The translations under genes were made by a program, and so were the position numbers. A model generated the notes under the pieces. It had not been told where the DNA came from and ran no database searches. It saw only the letters and a program-made list of their open reading frames with translations. This document shows, one piece after another, positions 36,901-49,730 of a stretch of 64,000 nt of DNA (positions are counted from its first letter, which is position 1; the number at the start of each line of letters is the position of its first letter). This stretch comes from Fimicolochytrium jonesii (lineage: Eukaryota), in NCBI RefSeq assembly GCF_025526975.1, contig NW_026515671.1, positions 1,178,001 to 1,242,000 of the forward strand, given 5' to 3'.

Positions 36901-37565
36901 TGTGGGGAATGCACTCAACAAAATACCTTCAGCCCCGTTCTCTCGGCGTTCCCATATCCTTATGGTGCCATCTGAGGCTGCTGAGGCGACCAGGTCGGTC
37001 TCGCCAGGGATGTTACGGCCTCGGGACACTCCCAGACATGACACGCCCGCCGTGTGACCCTTTAGAACAGCTGTGCAACTCCACGACTGTTTTGGGATGT
37101 TAGACGCAGGCATCGAATGCCTCCCAGAATATAGTGGTCTACCTCGTCTCCATCCCTTTGCTTCCAGATACGAAGTGTGTTGTCTGCTGAACCCGTCACC
37201 AATCCCACGTCTCTCTGCTCCGCGCCGGTGCCTGAGGAGAACGATGTAAGAAACTCCACACCAAGTCCTTCCCACTTCTCTCCTTTGATAGTACCTCGTC
37301 GCAAGAACCGTAAACAGTTCACTCTGTCTTTATGTCCCACCAACGTCGTCTTCACCCCCCGTCGTGCTGGATCCTATCAAGCATGCCAACATTAATATGG
37401 TGATCTAGAGTCTCAGCAACTCGCACCGGAGCACACCTGAGGACGATATAAAGCAACAAAGCGTCCCGCCGCAAAAGCCACCAGGCCGTCGAGGTTGCAG
37501 TCTGTTGCTTGACTGACTCGGTTGCAAGCAACGCCGATAAAGTCGGCCGAGCTAGATATCGTCAT
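33955..37565 (-). CDS. ELP2: Elongator complex subunit 2 (WD40), multi-exon
   Basis: [97 protein letters not shown]. Confidence 0.95.
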
Positions 37566-37858
37566 TATGCGTGTCGAGGAGACCTGGAGACCCGTTCGGG
37601 ATATATTACAGCCCAATCGCTATGCAGCGACGTGTGCGTGCGCGTGCGGGCCTCTATGCGCTGTCAAGTGGTCACCAGGAATTACTTGCAGCATGGGCTC
37701 ATTTCCACCCAGTTTCCACCAACCTCTCCTAACCTCCGCCAACGCGCTCAAAATGATTCCTCACGGAGAACTCGTTTTTTTCTCAGACGGTTTCCACTCT
37801 GGTTTCCACTGCAACAAGCTCACCTTGAAACCAACTCCACACAACGCATATACACAGA

Positions 37859-38461
37859 ATGACCACCGCAACGCCAGCCGGAGCAGCTCCTACTGCCCCA
37901 GTCAAAGACGACCAGGCCGCCTCCTCAACGTTTGATGTCGAAGAATTCGTTGCCTGCGCCAGGTACGGGGACCTCGACGGCCTGAAGGAACTCGTAGACA
38001 ATTACCTTACGGCCACCGGCGCCACTTCCCCAACCACAACGGCAACCCCGACGCCAGCCAACCTAACTCCAAGGGCGCTTTACGCCAGCCGGTTACCGAA
38101 CGGCGCGACTGCCCTGCACATGGCCGCGGCTAATGGCGAAATCGAAATTGTCAAACATCTCTTGCCGGCGTTGACCGTCGGCGACGTCAATGCAGTGAAC
38201 GACGACGGGTCGACCGCACTCCATTGGGCCGCGCTTAACGGCAAAGTGGACGTTGTCAAGATTCTTCTGGACGCCGGCGCCGACGCCACTTTGCAGAACG
38301 AGTCGGGAAGGAGTGCGGTGACCGTTGCAGAACAACAAGGGCATATGGACGCTGTTAACATTTTGCTGAAGTCATTCGAGCCCGAGGAGGAAAACGAGGA
38401 GGCGGGATCTAGCGCCAATGCGGAGGAAACGGAGGGAGCCAGTACCGATGCCGGGCGGTAA
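37859..38461 (+). CDS. YAR1: Ankyrin-repeat protein, Yar1-like (Rps3 chaperone), intronless
   Basis: EFVACARYGDLDGLKE, TALHMAAANG, GSTALHWAALNGKVDVVKILL; acidic tail. Confidence 0.8.
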   Translation: MTTATPAGAAPTAPVKDDQAASSTFDVEEFVACARYGDLDGLKELVDNYLTATGATSPTTTATPTPANLTPRALYASRLPNGATALHMAAANGEIEIVKHLLPALTVGDVNAVNDDGSTALHWAALNGKVDVVKILLDAGADATLQNESGRSAVTVAEQQGHMDAVNILLKSFEPEEENEEAGSSANAEETEGASTDAGR

Positions 38462-38879
38462 CATAGCTCACAATAGATTCCACCGAGTAGAACCGGTTTT
38501 GCACATAGCACTTCACATCATATTGTTTATATAATACATTCTTTCGTAGAGGGCCGGTACAACACTCAGAAAGCAATTGGTAGCAATTCTCACATGAACC
38601 TAGCATGGCATGCGCATTTCTAACCCAGGTTGTACAGGTTGCCGATGTGAAAGTCGAGAAGGAGCTCGGGATGAGAGAAGGGCCCAAGCAGTCATACCTT
38701 TCTCCGTGCCCGGCTCCGAATTTGGAAATATCGCCCGAGAGAAACAAGTGATCCAAACATAGAACCCAAACCCAAAGGTCATGATGAAGGGGGATGGGAT
38801 TTGTGTATATTTGCCCGCGGACTACCAAAATTACATGAAAAGGTATACATACATAGGTCCACCGGCGACTGACTATGAT

Positions 38880-41800
38880 TCACTGCATGTCATGACGGTA
38901 TGAGCAATCATCCCCAAACTTGCAAGTGCCTTGTTGGAAGAATCGGCAAGGGAGCTTTTTGTATTGCGGATGTCCCTTGTTGTTCGGTGGGCGATCATAC
39001 GGTCCGGGACGTGCACCTCGATTGAAGCCCCCCCTCGTGGGACCCGTGGTGTTTGGTACGCCGTTGCTTTGTCCCCGCCCTCGGTTGTTTCCCCACCGCC
39101 CCTGTCCACCGTTTTGGTGGCCGTTCATTTGGTGAGGTTGCCCCGCTTGTACTGGCCCTGCGCCGCCCTGAAGAGGGGATTGCTGAACTTGTGGAGACGG
39201 GAAACGCTGGTGATGCTGAGCGAATTGGCCCACGTTCGATAACCCGAGGGCGGCTGGAGCGTGTGTCCCCTGTGATAACTGAGCCTATCCAACACTGAGA
39301 TGTCAGAAATTGTGATAGTCAAGGGCGGAAACGTGTGCGCGCGTACAAACATACCAAAACGGAATCGTACGTCGGTGGTTGTTGTTGCTGTGGTGCGGCC
39401 AGTGGTCCCAGCATTCCAGGTTGCTGACCGGTTAGTCCACCAAGTGAGTTCCCAAAGCCACTAAACAGAGGCCCCGGTATCGATGGTGGTATATGTTGTT
39501 GCCCCAAAGCCGCGAGAAGCGTCGCTGCGGGATTTTGTTGTTGCCCCACAACCGCGAGAATTTGCTGCAAGAGTACAGGATTCAGGGCTTGAAGTTGTTG
39601 CATTGCTGGACCTGGGGGAGGTGCAGCTGGTGCAGGCTGCAAGGGATTCAGCATAAGTGTTCCGTCAGACACTTCCAGAAAACTATGAAAGCAACTCACA
39701 ACAGCGGCCGCCGCGGGACGTGGTTCCCACAGAATCTCCTTGGGAGAAGTAGATTGTGACGACGAATGGACCGTATCTGGCTCGGAAGGAGTGGGCGGTA
39801 TCTGCTGATTGTCAGTGTAATAGGTGCCCAGAGTCGTCCGCTCGCGTTGGTCTTGCACTTTCTGCTCTTCAGACTCGTTGCCCCACTCCAACGTCTTCGG
39901 TTCTAGCTTCTTCGTTACATCATTCATTACTTTCCAGTTCAGTACTAAAAGGATCCATAAGAAACATGTACCCAGGTTCGGGAGAAAAAAGCTGGGAGAC
40001 TCTGTTCTTACCTGGTGGCGGGGTCCACTTGTCAACGGGAACAGTATCACGCTGGAATGCACGTTTTCCTTCCTGGCGATCAAGATCTCTCGCGTTGCCC
40101 ATCTGATGGGGTGTAACTTTCTGTGCCTGTACAAGAACGTCAGAAGGGCCCGTAAGCACTTCGGATAAAAACGTAACTCATATGTACCTCATTGTCGGTA
40201 AGATGTTCATCTTTCTCAAAGTATCTCACAGCCACTAATTTGTCTCCCTCGGCGAATCTGACACGTTTTTTGCCAGCCGAGACACCTGCGTCGGAAGTCG
40301 CTGGGTTGTCTGTCTTTGCACGATAGCTTGGAAGTTTCTCAGGCTCCAGCTTTTCAGATCTGTACGGGCCGCAACGTCTGAGCATGAAAAGAATACCCAC
40401 TCCGACGGAAAGTAGAACATACCTGATTTGCGGCGATGGTACTTGTTCCTTGAGCTTGTCGGGTGATCGTACTTCCGTATTCTTAGCCGGGGCGGCGCCG
40501 TCCGTCTTTTTGATTTTGGGTAGATTCGCGTTGGATAATGATACGAAGATATCCGTATCGTCCACGACGGCGGATGGGTTCGATGTAGGTAGCGCGTCCT
40601 TCGAATCCTTTACTCTTTTGGCCAGATTTCCAGGCTCAGTCGGACTACTCTCCCGTTCCCGCTTCTTTTCGTTATCGGCTGCATGTGCTCCTTCGGAACC
40701 AGCTGGAACTTCTTTCGGCTTTGCGACCAAAGCTTGCCAGCTACTCATGACCTTAGACGCTGCGCTTTGCACAGCTGACAACCAACGTGCAATTGGAGGT
40801 TAGCTAACCTTATATGTACAAATGTACCTTTCGCCGCCATACCTTCGCTATCTGTCATCGAGGCGAAATGCTTTACGACCTTCCCAGTTTTTACCTCACG
40901 AAGTTCATTGACATCGACTGGCAATTTTGCTAGGAGGCCCAGAGCTGAGACGGCTGCCGCAGCCGCCTCCACGTCTGAGATGAGATTCTTTGCTTGCAGC
41001 AGCATCTTCGTCACAAGCTTCAGGCCGTTCAAACCTAGGAAACTAAGGAATGGAGATACATGTCAGACTTGCAGCGGGAGCCTCATCAAGGACGACTGAC
41101 AGGTACCTTTTCCAAACTTCGGTGTTTTCCGCGTCTGACAAAACTCGGAGAACCACCTGTCGCTCCGACCATTCTGAAATTGACCCCGCCAGTTTCGTAA
41201 ATTGCGACATGTGCGTGACGTCACTGAGCTGCCCCCGAGCGTCCAATAAAGGTGCAAGCATCTCGTCGAAAGATTTCGTCTCCTCGGGAATGTCAACGTC
41301 CATCAACTGCTGAGGTGATGGGGATCTTGCAGGTGTGAACAACGGGCCATCGTCTGGAACGGTGACCACATCCGGACCTGCGGAAGTGAAAGCTTGCTGG
41401 GCTATCTGGGTGGCTGCTGGCTTTGCCGCTGCTTGGGCAGATGGAACCGACGAGGTGGTCGACATTTGGCCTGGGAGAGCCGTTGCTGAGGAAATGGGTG
41501 ACGGGTACCCCGTGGGCATCCAAGAGGCGGTGGTCAGAGGAGCGATAGAAGCCGATAGTTGATTATCCACTGCAGCGTAGGACCCATTCAGTCGACCAAG
41601 GAACTGCGCCACCATATCCGTGGACAGGTTCTTGCCTCGAGAGAAAAGGTCGAGAGGTTGATTTGCAATGCTTGGGGCAGAAGGAAGCGAGCTCGTTGCG
41701 GGATGGTAGGCGCTCATCGCAGTAAAAGGGTTCGATGCACCAGAATGGGCCGATTGTGAAAGGGAGGCGTAGGCCGAGAATCCATCTGCAGCTGGAGGGC

Positions 41801-42837
41801 CATCTTGCAGAGACGTCGCCGGGGTTTGGGAGTTGGTCGTTGATGATGCACTGGTGTCGAGGTCGGGCGTGCCGCTTGCCATTCGGCGTTTGCGAGAAGA
41901 TCGCTCACGGCTGAACCAGTCTCTGATCTAGTAACAATGGTATTACAATCAGCGAATCGTTTTGGAAACCAAGCATGTGCGTCAAGTAATTACTTGTTTT
42001 TCTGTCAATCCCACTTCCTGGCTGAACGCCCTATACATGGCATCGGAAGGCCTGTCATTCTCCTCATAATGAGCTTTCAGTGCGGCCGTCTGTTCTGATG
42101 TGAATTTTTTCTTTGGAGCGGACGCATTTGCAGCTATTGACAACGAGATCATTCTTATAAGCATCACATCAACTGTAAATGGATAGCGCCTGCGTATTCA
42201 GGGGCAGGTTTGGACTGCCTAAGATCGGCCGAAAATTGACGCAATATGTGCGCATGGATCTCAGGCTAAATACGGAGCAAACAGAAAAACACTTTCGCTT
42301 ACCATACGCTGAAGTTGAAGAGGTTCCACTCGCACCATGAACTACGTTCGCATCCAACATAGTATGTTGGCCTAAGGAAGTGGGCCCGGCTGACGGAGAT
42401 CCTCCCTGGGTAGAGTCATACTGGCCAAGCTGCTGGAATGTTGTGTATGGGTGTTGCGGCTGAGCAATAGTGGGCGTGAGCGACTGAGCCCAAGGAAATT
42501 GGCTACCAAGTAGCGCTCCGTATGAAGATGGTACAGCGGATCGCGAGGCGTAAGAAGACGGTTGTGCTGACAAAACACTTGGGAAGCCACTGGTAGGGGC
42601 CACTGACGTAGGATCGGTTCCTCTGTGAAACGACTCCGTTGATGCGGGCTGCTGATATTGATGATGCTGAAATGCTGGTGGCTCAAGCTGCCCATTGGTC
42701 GCGTAATTTCCCACGAGGGCACCATTGTTCAAATGAGGGTTGGCCAAGGAGGTTGGAACTTCCTGGGAGTAGCTTTCGCTTGGCATAGTCCCTTGGACGT
42801 TATTGGGGACGCCGAGTAGTCCGGCCCAATTATCCAT
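38880..42837 (-). CDS. PNUTS/PPP1R10/Ppn1-like PP1 regulatory subunit with an N-terminal homeodomain, multi-exon
   Basis: Homeodomain KKKFTSEQTAALKAHYEENDRPS...VGLTEKQ|IRDWFSRER; TFIIS-N-like LGLLAKLPVDVNELREVKTGKVVK...AASKVMSSW; KKRVRFAEGDKLVAVRYFEKDE (RVxF plus phi-phi); ESEEQKVQDQRE...IPPTPSEPD; CCCH finger CRFFQQGTCKFGDDCSYRH. Confidence 0.85.
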
Positions 42838-43250
42838 GCTTGAGACACCCTTGCAACACGTCCCTTTTCGCCACAATTACTTTGCCAACACACTTCTGAC
42901 GGAATTAGGAAGAGTGCTCCTTTGCTTTCAGCAAGAGACCTCGTTTTAACCAGTCAGAATTATCTTTAGAGATACCGCGGTACTTGTCGATATGCGGTAT
43001 CCTGGTGGTCAATCTCACGGGCTAGCTGGGTTGAGTTCCAATCCGCCCGCTTGGTCTGCCGCGGAGGACACCAGGCAGTAGGGCAGAAAGATATGGACTA
43101 AGTTGACACCACCCGTCGCTTGATAGTGCTCGATATAGCTGGGGCTCTCCAAAGTTCTTCCCACGAGCGGTCTCGATATTGTTCCCAGCTCTCAGGAAGA
43201 AAGGCTCCCTTTTTATGCCGAATGACGCTGAGATCAAACCTGAACTCCCG

Positions 43251-43260
43251 GTCACGTGAT
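43251..43260. promoter_or_regulatory. Extended E-box GTCACGTGAT in the PNUTS-MEX67 divergent promoter
   Basis: Match to the RTCACGTG bHLH (Cbf1-type) consensus, roughly midway between the two start codons. Confidence 0.35.
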
Positions 43261-43548
43261 ACATTGTATTGACGGTTACCTTTCCGCGACTTGTGGACAA
43301 GGCCTCACTTTGGAGTTGCTGGCACATGCACCACTCCGAACCTTCCGTGTGAACGCAACAGCACTTCTTCCTTCCAAGCAAGCGAACGACAAGGACGCGG
43401 AAACTGCTCAGTAGTGAGAAGTAGCGGCTGCCTCCAGTTTCTCCTTGCCGCCTGACCAGCACACACGATCTCCTGTCCTCGCGCCCGGCCAACCAACTGG
43501 GAGATCAGGTGGAAAGCAGGTTGCCCTCATCGCGTTACTGGAGTAGAG

Positions 43549-46258
43549 ATGAGCTTTTCAGGACAGGGTGGCCGGCGCGGCAGAGGCCTTTCCTTCGTAT
43601 CAGGGCACTCACGACAAAATCAAGGCGACTTTGGATCTGCACACACCATCAACGGGGGACAGAGTGGGTCCCGTTTCAGTGGCGGATCCAGCTTCGGCGG
43701 GAATGCCAGAGGGCCATACAGAGGAGGAAGCGGTCGAGGGCGAGGTGGCTACAATGACGGGAGAGGGTCTGAAGCTGATGCGATGATGAGCGATGGGCTG
43801 GGACATAGACAAAACCAATCGTATGTATACTCGTTTCGTTCCCAGGAAGTTTCGCTCGTAATAGGCTTTCCGTATCTAAAAATTTTCATGTTATTCTCTC
43901 AGGCCCGGCAGATCACGAGGGGGAAGCTCGTTTGGGGAAAGCGCTGGTCCCAACCTCGCAGTGGAGGAAGTATTGGTGGGTGGTTGTTTGTGTAACCGTT
44001 TCGTCAATATGGATTTGTCACTTACGAGAAAGGAAGGTTGAAAACATAGATCACGACACAGCACCGGAGGGGCTCGGGGTCTGGTTATCTCGGAAGTATC
44101 AAGCGCAACACGGCCGATCGCTGAACTTTGTTGGGGTGCGTACATGTTATGGCATGCAATAGGTCATCATCAGTGCCACCACCTCATCCTCCATTCTAGA
44201 GCGAAACTCGTGGGAATGCAATAGTCTTCAAAATGGCAAATGCTCTGGAAGCGCAGGCAATCATGCAGCTGAATGGCATTAATTTCAGAGCGAAGAAGGT
44301 GGGGAACGCAGTTCTACCTGATTAGATGGCGATCGATGAAAATTCTAAATCCGGTAACGATTGACGCAGCTTGCGATCTCTCAAGGGCAAGCTCATGCGT
44401 CTTTGCGCGCGCCTGTAAACAACACAGGGTTTGCAGGCGCCAGAGCCCCGCAGAGCCGACCAGGGGGTGCAATCGAAGCATTCAGAACCATACTGCGGAA
44501 TCGCTACCAACCGGAACAGAAGTATCTTGATCTGTCGAATATGATGCAGGATCCGTTATTAGCGAACGAGAGAATCCGCGGGTTCGAGCCAGAATCTAAG
44601 ATGGGAGGTGTTATTTGTAAAATGATCGGAGAGTGCTGCCCGGATGTGGAGACATTGTCGCTGGCGTCCAACCGCTTGACAACGCTATCCCACTTCTCCA
44701 TATTGCCGACATACGCGCCGAACCTGACGGCGTTGTCTTTCCAAGACAATCAGCTCCGATCTTTGAGAGACATTGAGCCGTTGCGCGGCTCCGAGTTCCG
44801 TCAACTTCGCGAGCTGCTACTTTCTGGAAATCCGATTCGAGACATCGCATTACAGAAGCCTGGTGGTGATGTCGTTTACCGCGGGTGAGGAAATGAGATC
44901 AGTTACGCTGAGCGTCGAAAACGTAGTGTAACCCTTCGTTTCTACTGTAGTGATATCCAAAAGCTCTTCCCAACCATCGAAATTCTCGACATGGAACCTG
45001 TTGGCGCAGAAATAACTTTCGGAGTAGATACAATGGCCGTCGAATTGCCCCTACAATCAAGAACTGGATTCGTGGATTCCCCGGGCACAGCTGCGCTTGT
45101 AAACGATTTCGTACAAAAGTGAGGACTGTGACCTTTGACGAGCTCATTATAACCTGATTAACCCTTCCCTTCACCTAGGTTCCTGACATCATTCGACGCC
45201 AACCGAATTGCGCTCTTCGATCTCTTTCACGATCAGGCATGCTTCTCTCTTTCCCTGGATTCCACTGGGAGGTCGACGAAAGACCCTCGCGGGAGAGATC
45301 AACTCGCGTTCGCCAGTTGGAGGGATGTAGATCACAATCTGGAGAAAGTTAAGAGCTCAGGTATCATAACGGGAGCGTGCACAGCAACAATATGTGGCAT
45401 CGAGGCTGACATAACCTTCTCAGAGAAGCGAGTTTCGGCGTTGGCGAGAGGAGGGACGAACATAATACGAGCATACGAGCGAATACCACGAACCCAACAC
45501 CCACAATACCCTAGCCCCTCGTATATCGTTGAAGGCTATCAAACCGGCGCGGGTGTAGATCTCACCCTCTTCATTCTGCTACATGGAGAGTTCAGAGAAG
45601 GTGCGTACCCGAATCAATTTCCGTACGCGTCAGCGCGCCGTGGGCTGATAACAACGTTATCATCGCATTCAGTGGAAACAAACACAAATCGTAGCTTCGA
45701 TCGCACCCTCGTGCTCGTAACCCCACCTCCAGGCTCAAGATCTGCTGCTGCAGGATTACCTTATAGTGTGTCAAACGATCAACTGAATATTCGCGCATAT
45801 GCCGGCAACAAGGCCTGGGCGAGCATCACGGAAACGGCTCCGAACGGAAGCTCTCATTCGCAGCCAGCCCATCATCACCTACCGCAGCTACCTGATCCCA
45901 CCCTACTCAAGCAGTTGCAGTTACAATATCAATTGGTAAGTTGTTTACGGGGGACTCTCGTGCTGGCTCCATGTCTGATGTCCAGGTTCATCCGCTTTTT
46001 TCGCAGGACGACGTCCGCCAGAGTCAAGTCATCGAATTCGCACGTGCCACAGGCCTAAATTATCAATTCAGTCTACAATGCCTATCAGAAACGGGCTGGT
46101 CTACTCCCGCAGCGATGCAGGCGTATCAGAATGTTAAGGTGAGCTTTTCGCTTGCGATATTCCGACTGCATCAATACTTGATTGAGCGATGTGCATTGCT
46201 GACCATGTTGTCACGATGATAGGGAAATATACCACCGGAAGCGTATCAAGTTGGGTAA
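43549..46258 (+). CDS. MEX67: mRNA export factor Mex67/NXF1, multi-exon
   Basis: RGG-rich N-terminus, RRM-like exons, LRR (LSLASNRL, LSFQDNQL, ELLLSGNPI), NTF2-like (RSFDRTLVL, VSNDQLNIR), TAP-C (FARATGLNYQFSLQCLSETGW...IPPEAY). Confidence 0.92.
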
Positions 46259-46840
46259 AACAACACGTCCGACCAACTCGGCGATATCAGATCCTGCGCG
46301 ACGCGGGCTGTCGGCAAACCTCTCGAAACAATCAGGCTGTGGCAAAATCGAATCTCTCATCCCATGTACATACAATAGACAAACTTCATCGCATCGTTTC
46401 ATGTCTGCAAGTTCATTTATTGAAACCTGCGAGTTCATTTATGCCCGCAAGCTGGGGAAGTACCAGAAGCAGTTATGCACTCTAAATTTACAAAGAAGAT
46501 ATAGGATTTCCGTTCGAGGCCACCGATAGGGTGATGCAAGCGCAATGTGCATCGACGCTGCCTTGCCATACACAGGGCATGCGCCCTTTTTGTGGTTGAC
46601 CGCACTTAAGTGAGAATGTGGACTTTCAGGCCCGACGGACGTGAGGTCTGATCTGCTCTGATCTGTGAGAACGACCAAGTTCAAAGCGCGTCCAGTGTCT
46701 GCCTTCGGTCTTCGTTTCTTCCGGCAAACCGATTTCGGTCTGAGCAACTTTGGACAAGAGCTTTCCAGTGTCACTGTGCGGCAAGTCGGTTCGCAAAGGG
46801 GCGCCTGTATACGTTATTCGCACACACCGTAGGCAGCAGA

Positions 46841-48692
46841 ATGCCTTTCCGTCCACCACCAAGCTGCTTGCGGCCAGCTCAGCGGTCTCCGGTAGGTGGC
46901 AAAAGACCCTTCCGATCACAGTGCAAGCGAACGGCTACGACAGTCTCCTCGGCGTCAAGCCACGCACAGAAATTTGCGTCGCGGGTCTTGGAGGAGCACA
47001 GGGAGATAGTAAGGAAGGAGATAGCGACTCTGGAAAAGGCGGATCCGAAAGACAAGGAGGTTCAGGCACGACTCCTTGCAAAGAAAGTGGATTTAGGCTA
47101 CAGTGATCCCAAGAACCATGAGGCGTTTGTTGCTGGGAAAGGTATGCTGATTGCAGTTTCGAAGGAGGGCTAGGGACTCGTACAGAACCCAGTACTCATG
47201 CGGAATCCTTGTCAGGCGCCCCAACGCAAGACGTCTTCGCGGCCATGCACCAACAACGGTGGAAAAGCAAACTCGTTCCCCGCCTCCGCAAATCGGAAGA
47301 GAACTGGAAAATCATAGGCGACGTGCTTCCCAAGTCCACCACACCAACCGTCATTGTCCAGATGAACTTCCAAAACACTGAGTGGCTCGCACCTATCGGT
47401 CAGCCTGTCCCGCCGATTTGGACGCTGTATTCTCCCGAAGTCACCATCACGACCAACGATGACGCCGTCCGTCATTTCACTGTTGCGTTGGTAGACGTTG
47501 ACCGTCCTGACTCGGATACCAAGTCGTACGAGGAATGGTGTCACTGGCTCATCACGGATGTTCCCGTGCAGAGGAGGCTGGTTATTCCTGGTGGATCGTC
47601 GCCATACCTGCAAACGCCGAAAGACGATGCGGCGAAGGGGGAGTTGGAGAAGATGTTGACGGGAGCGCACTTTGTGCCAAAAGCGCCGGAAACGGCACCC
47701 GTCATTCCCGGAAACGTTGTCTTTCCCTACGTTCCGGCACACCCGCCGGCATCCAATCCTCGTAAGCAGCATCGATACATGCTGGTTGTTCTGGAGCAGG
47801 AGAAGGAGGGGTCGGTCAAAATTGACGTGGAGAGTCTCAAAGCTCAGGCAAGGAAGACCGAAGCGGAGTTGAAGAAGAAAGCTGAAGAAGCGGGTTTGCC
47901 GCAGTGGGAGCGAAGTGCGCTAGGCGAGCGTGAAGCGGAGATTATGGTCCGCGAAAGGTGCGTTGCGTTGATGTCCGAATAGCCTTTGAATGAATGCTCG
48001 TCGCTCATGATACGTTCGCCCCGGTTACAGAGGTCTGCTGCTCCCAATCACGAAATTCATCAAGGACAACAACCTTACGTTGAAGGGTCGTGGATTCATG
48101 ACATCGTTTTGGGATATCCACACCCCAGCAGTCTTTTCCCAGCTTGGTATGTAGAGAATCCTGTGCGCATCACCGCAAACGCAAGTAACCTTTGTATCTC
48201 CCTCTTCCAGGCATTCACGAACCGGTCTATGGTAGCTTGCACTTCCAATCTCCACGCGACACCGTCGCCTCCATCCAAACCGCCACCGACCTCGCATCCT
48301 CCCTGCCTGGCCCCATCGCGGCACTTTCCGCCGCCACCTTGAAAGCCCTCAACTATGGTCGCCCGGAATCATTGAGCCCAGCGCGATTGCTCACCCGCCG
48401 CGGAACGACTGTCGACAACATGCGGAGAGCGGACGCGGAAGCGATATTGCAGAAGAGGGAGAGGGATGCAGCAAACGCAAAAGTGGGTGGGAAAGGTGCG
48501 AAGAACGCGAAAGTTGCTGCAGCAGCCGCTGATGTTGCATCTCCGAAGGCGGCTGGGAAACGTACGATTCCTCGTGTCACCGTTTTGGCTGCTGCGGCCA
48601 TGGTTAGGAACAGGACGGGGGACATCGCGAAGGGGAGTGGGGAGATGGTGCGTAGCGTGAAGGAGAAGCGGTACCGGTACAAGAACGTGTAG
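46841..48692 (+). CDS. MRPL35: Mitochondrial ribosomal protein mL38 (MrpL35), PEBP fold, multi-exon
   Basis: Arg-rich presequence; IIGDVLP, FTVALVDVDRPD..TKSY...CHWLITDVP, YVPAHP...HRYMLVVLEQ. Confidence 0.8.
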
Positions 48693-48924
48693 AGGCCGGG
48701 GCAAAATAGAGTTCCGGCGGCTTCACGCGCATACAACCATGTCTGTATTTATGTCAAATAGTTTACACGCATATTTCATCGGGACATAGACTGCTTCGCT
48801 CTAAGGTTGTGTGCGCTTGTACTATGAATTGAGTTGGATCTCCCTATTACAGTCTGATCGGGCGTCTATCTAGTGCTGCAAATTACTGCAAGGTAGTTTA
48901 CTCCTCATCAAGCGGAGACTCCTC

Positions 48925-49730
48925 TCACTTGATCCCTTCCCCAGCCTTCCAAGCCTTGATAACCTCCGGCGGAATGTCCGCCTTGCGCAACTCCCCATAG
49001 TCGTACGTCACAACCTGGCACTCGGCCGTCGCCACCACTCGCCCTTGCGCATGTGACACCAACACCGCCTCCTGAACGAACCGGTCCTTCTCCAGGGTCT
49101 CCCTCGGAATCCTCACGCCCACCGTGATCGTATCGGGATACCTCACGGGAGACTTGTATTTGCAGGATACGGTTTTAACGATCGGGCCTACTCCTCTCGC
49201 TGGGGATTGTTGAGCTATTAGCCTTTCTCTTCAATCGTCATTTATCTCCTCAGATAGATACCTTGTATGAACGAGTTGTAAGCACGCTGTGTCAGCCCCG
49301 GCTTGATGATCTGATCAAAATAAGCAATCCGCCCACTCTCAAAGTATCGAAGGTAAATGACATTATTGAGGTGTCCAAACGGGTCTTGCTCTCCCCACTG
49401 GACGGGGAGGGTAGTAAGGCTCGGGTAGTCTTCGACAAGGTCAGCGACTTTGGGCGGGAGCGCCTCGCGGATTTCGGGGACGGTTGCGAAACCGCCTACC
49501 GGAACGTGTTTTGATTGGGCGGGGGCGGAGGACTGGTCGTGATAGTTTGAGCGGGTGGATGAGAGGGGACGGGATGAGACGAGCGAATGTGCTGGTGACT
49601 GCCGACAAACGTGGCTTGCGAGGCCGGTAAGAGATGGCGACAGGCGGCGCGGGAGGAGCTTGGCGGCGGAGGTGGCGGCGGAGGTGGCGGACGGCATTGC
49701 GTAGGCTTTCAGCCCTGTTTTGGAGAACAT
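48925..49730 (-). CDS. Mitochondrial hotdog-fold thioesterase (4HBT-like), 2 exons
   Basis: S/R-rich presequence; VQWGEQDPFGHLNNVIYLRYFESGRIAY, GPIVKTVSCKYKSPVRYPDT, VVTYDY...KADIP. Confidence 0.85.

Noticed and set aside
46530..46662. Possible box C/D snoRNA (GTGATG...CTGA) between MEX67 and MRPL35
   Set aside because: Imperfect C box; no terminal stem or identifiable rRNA guide.
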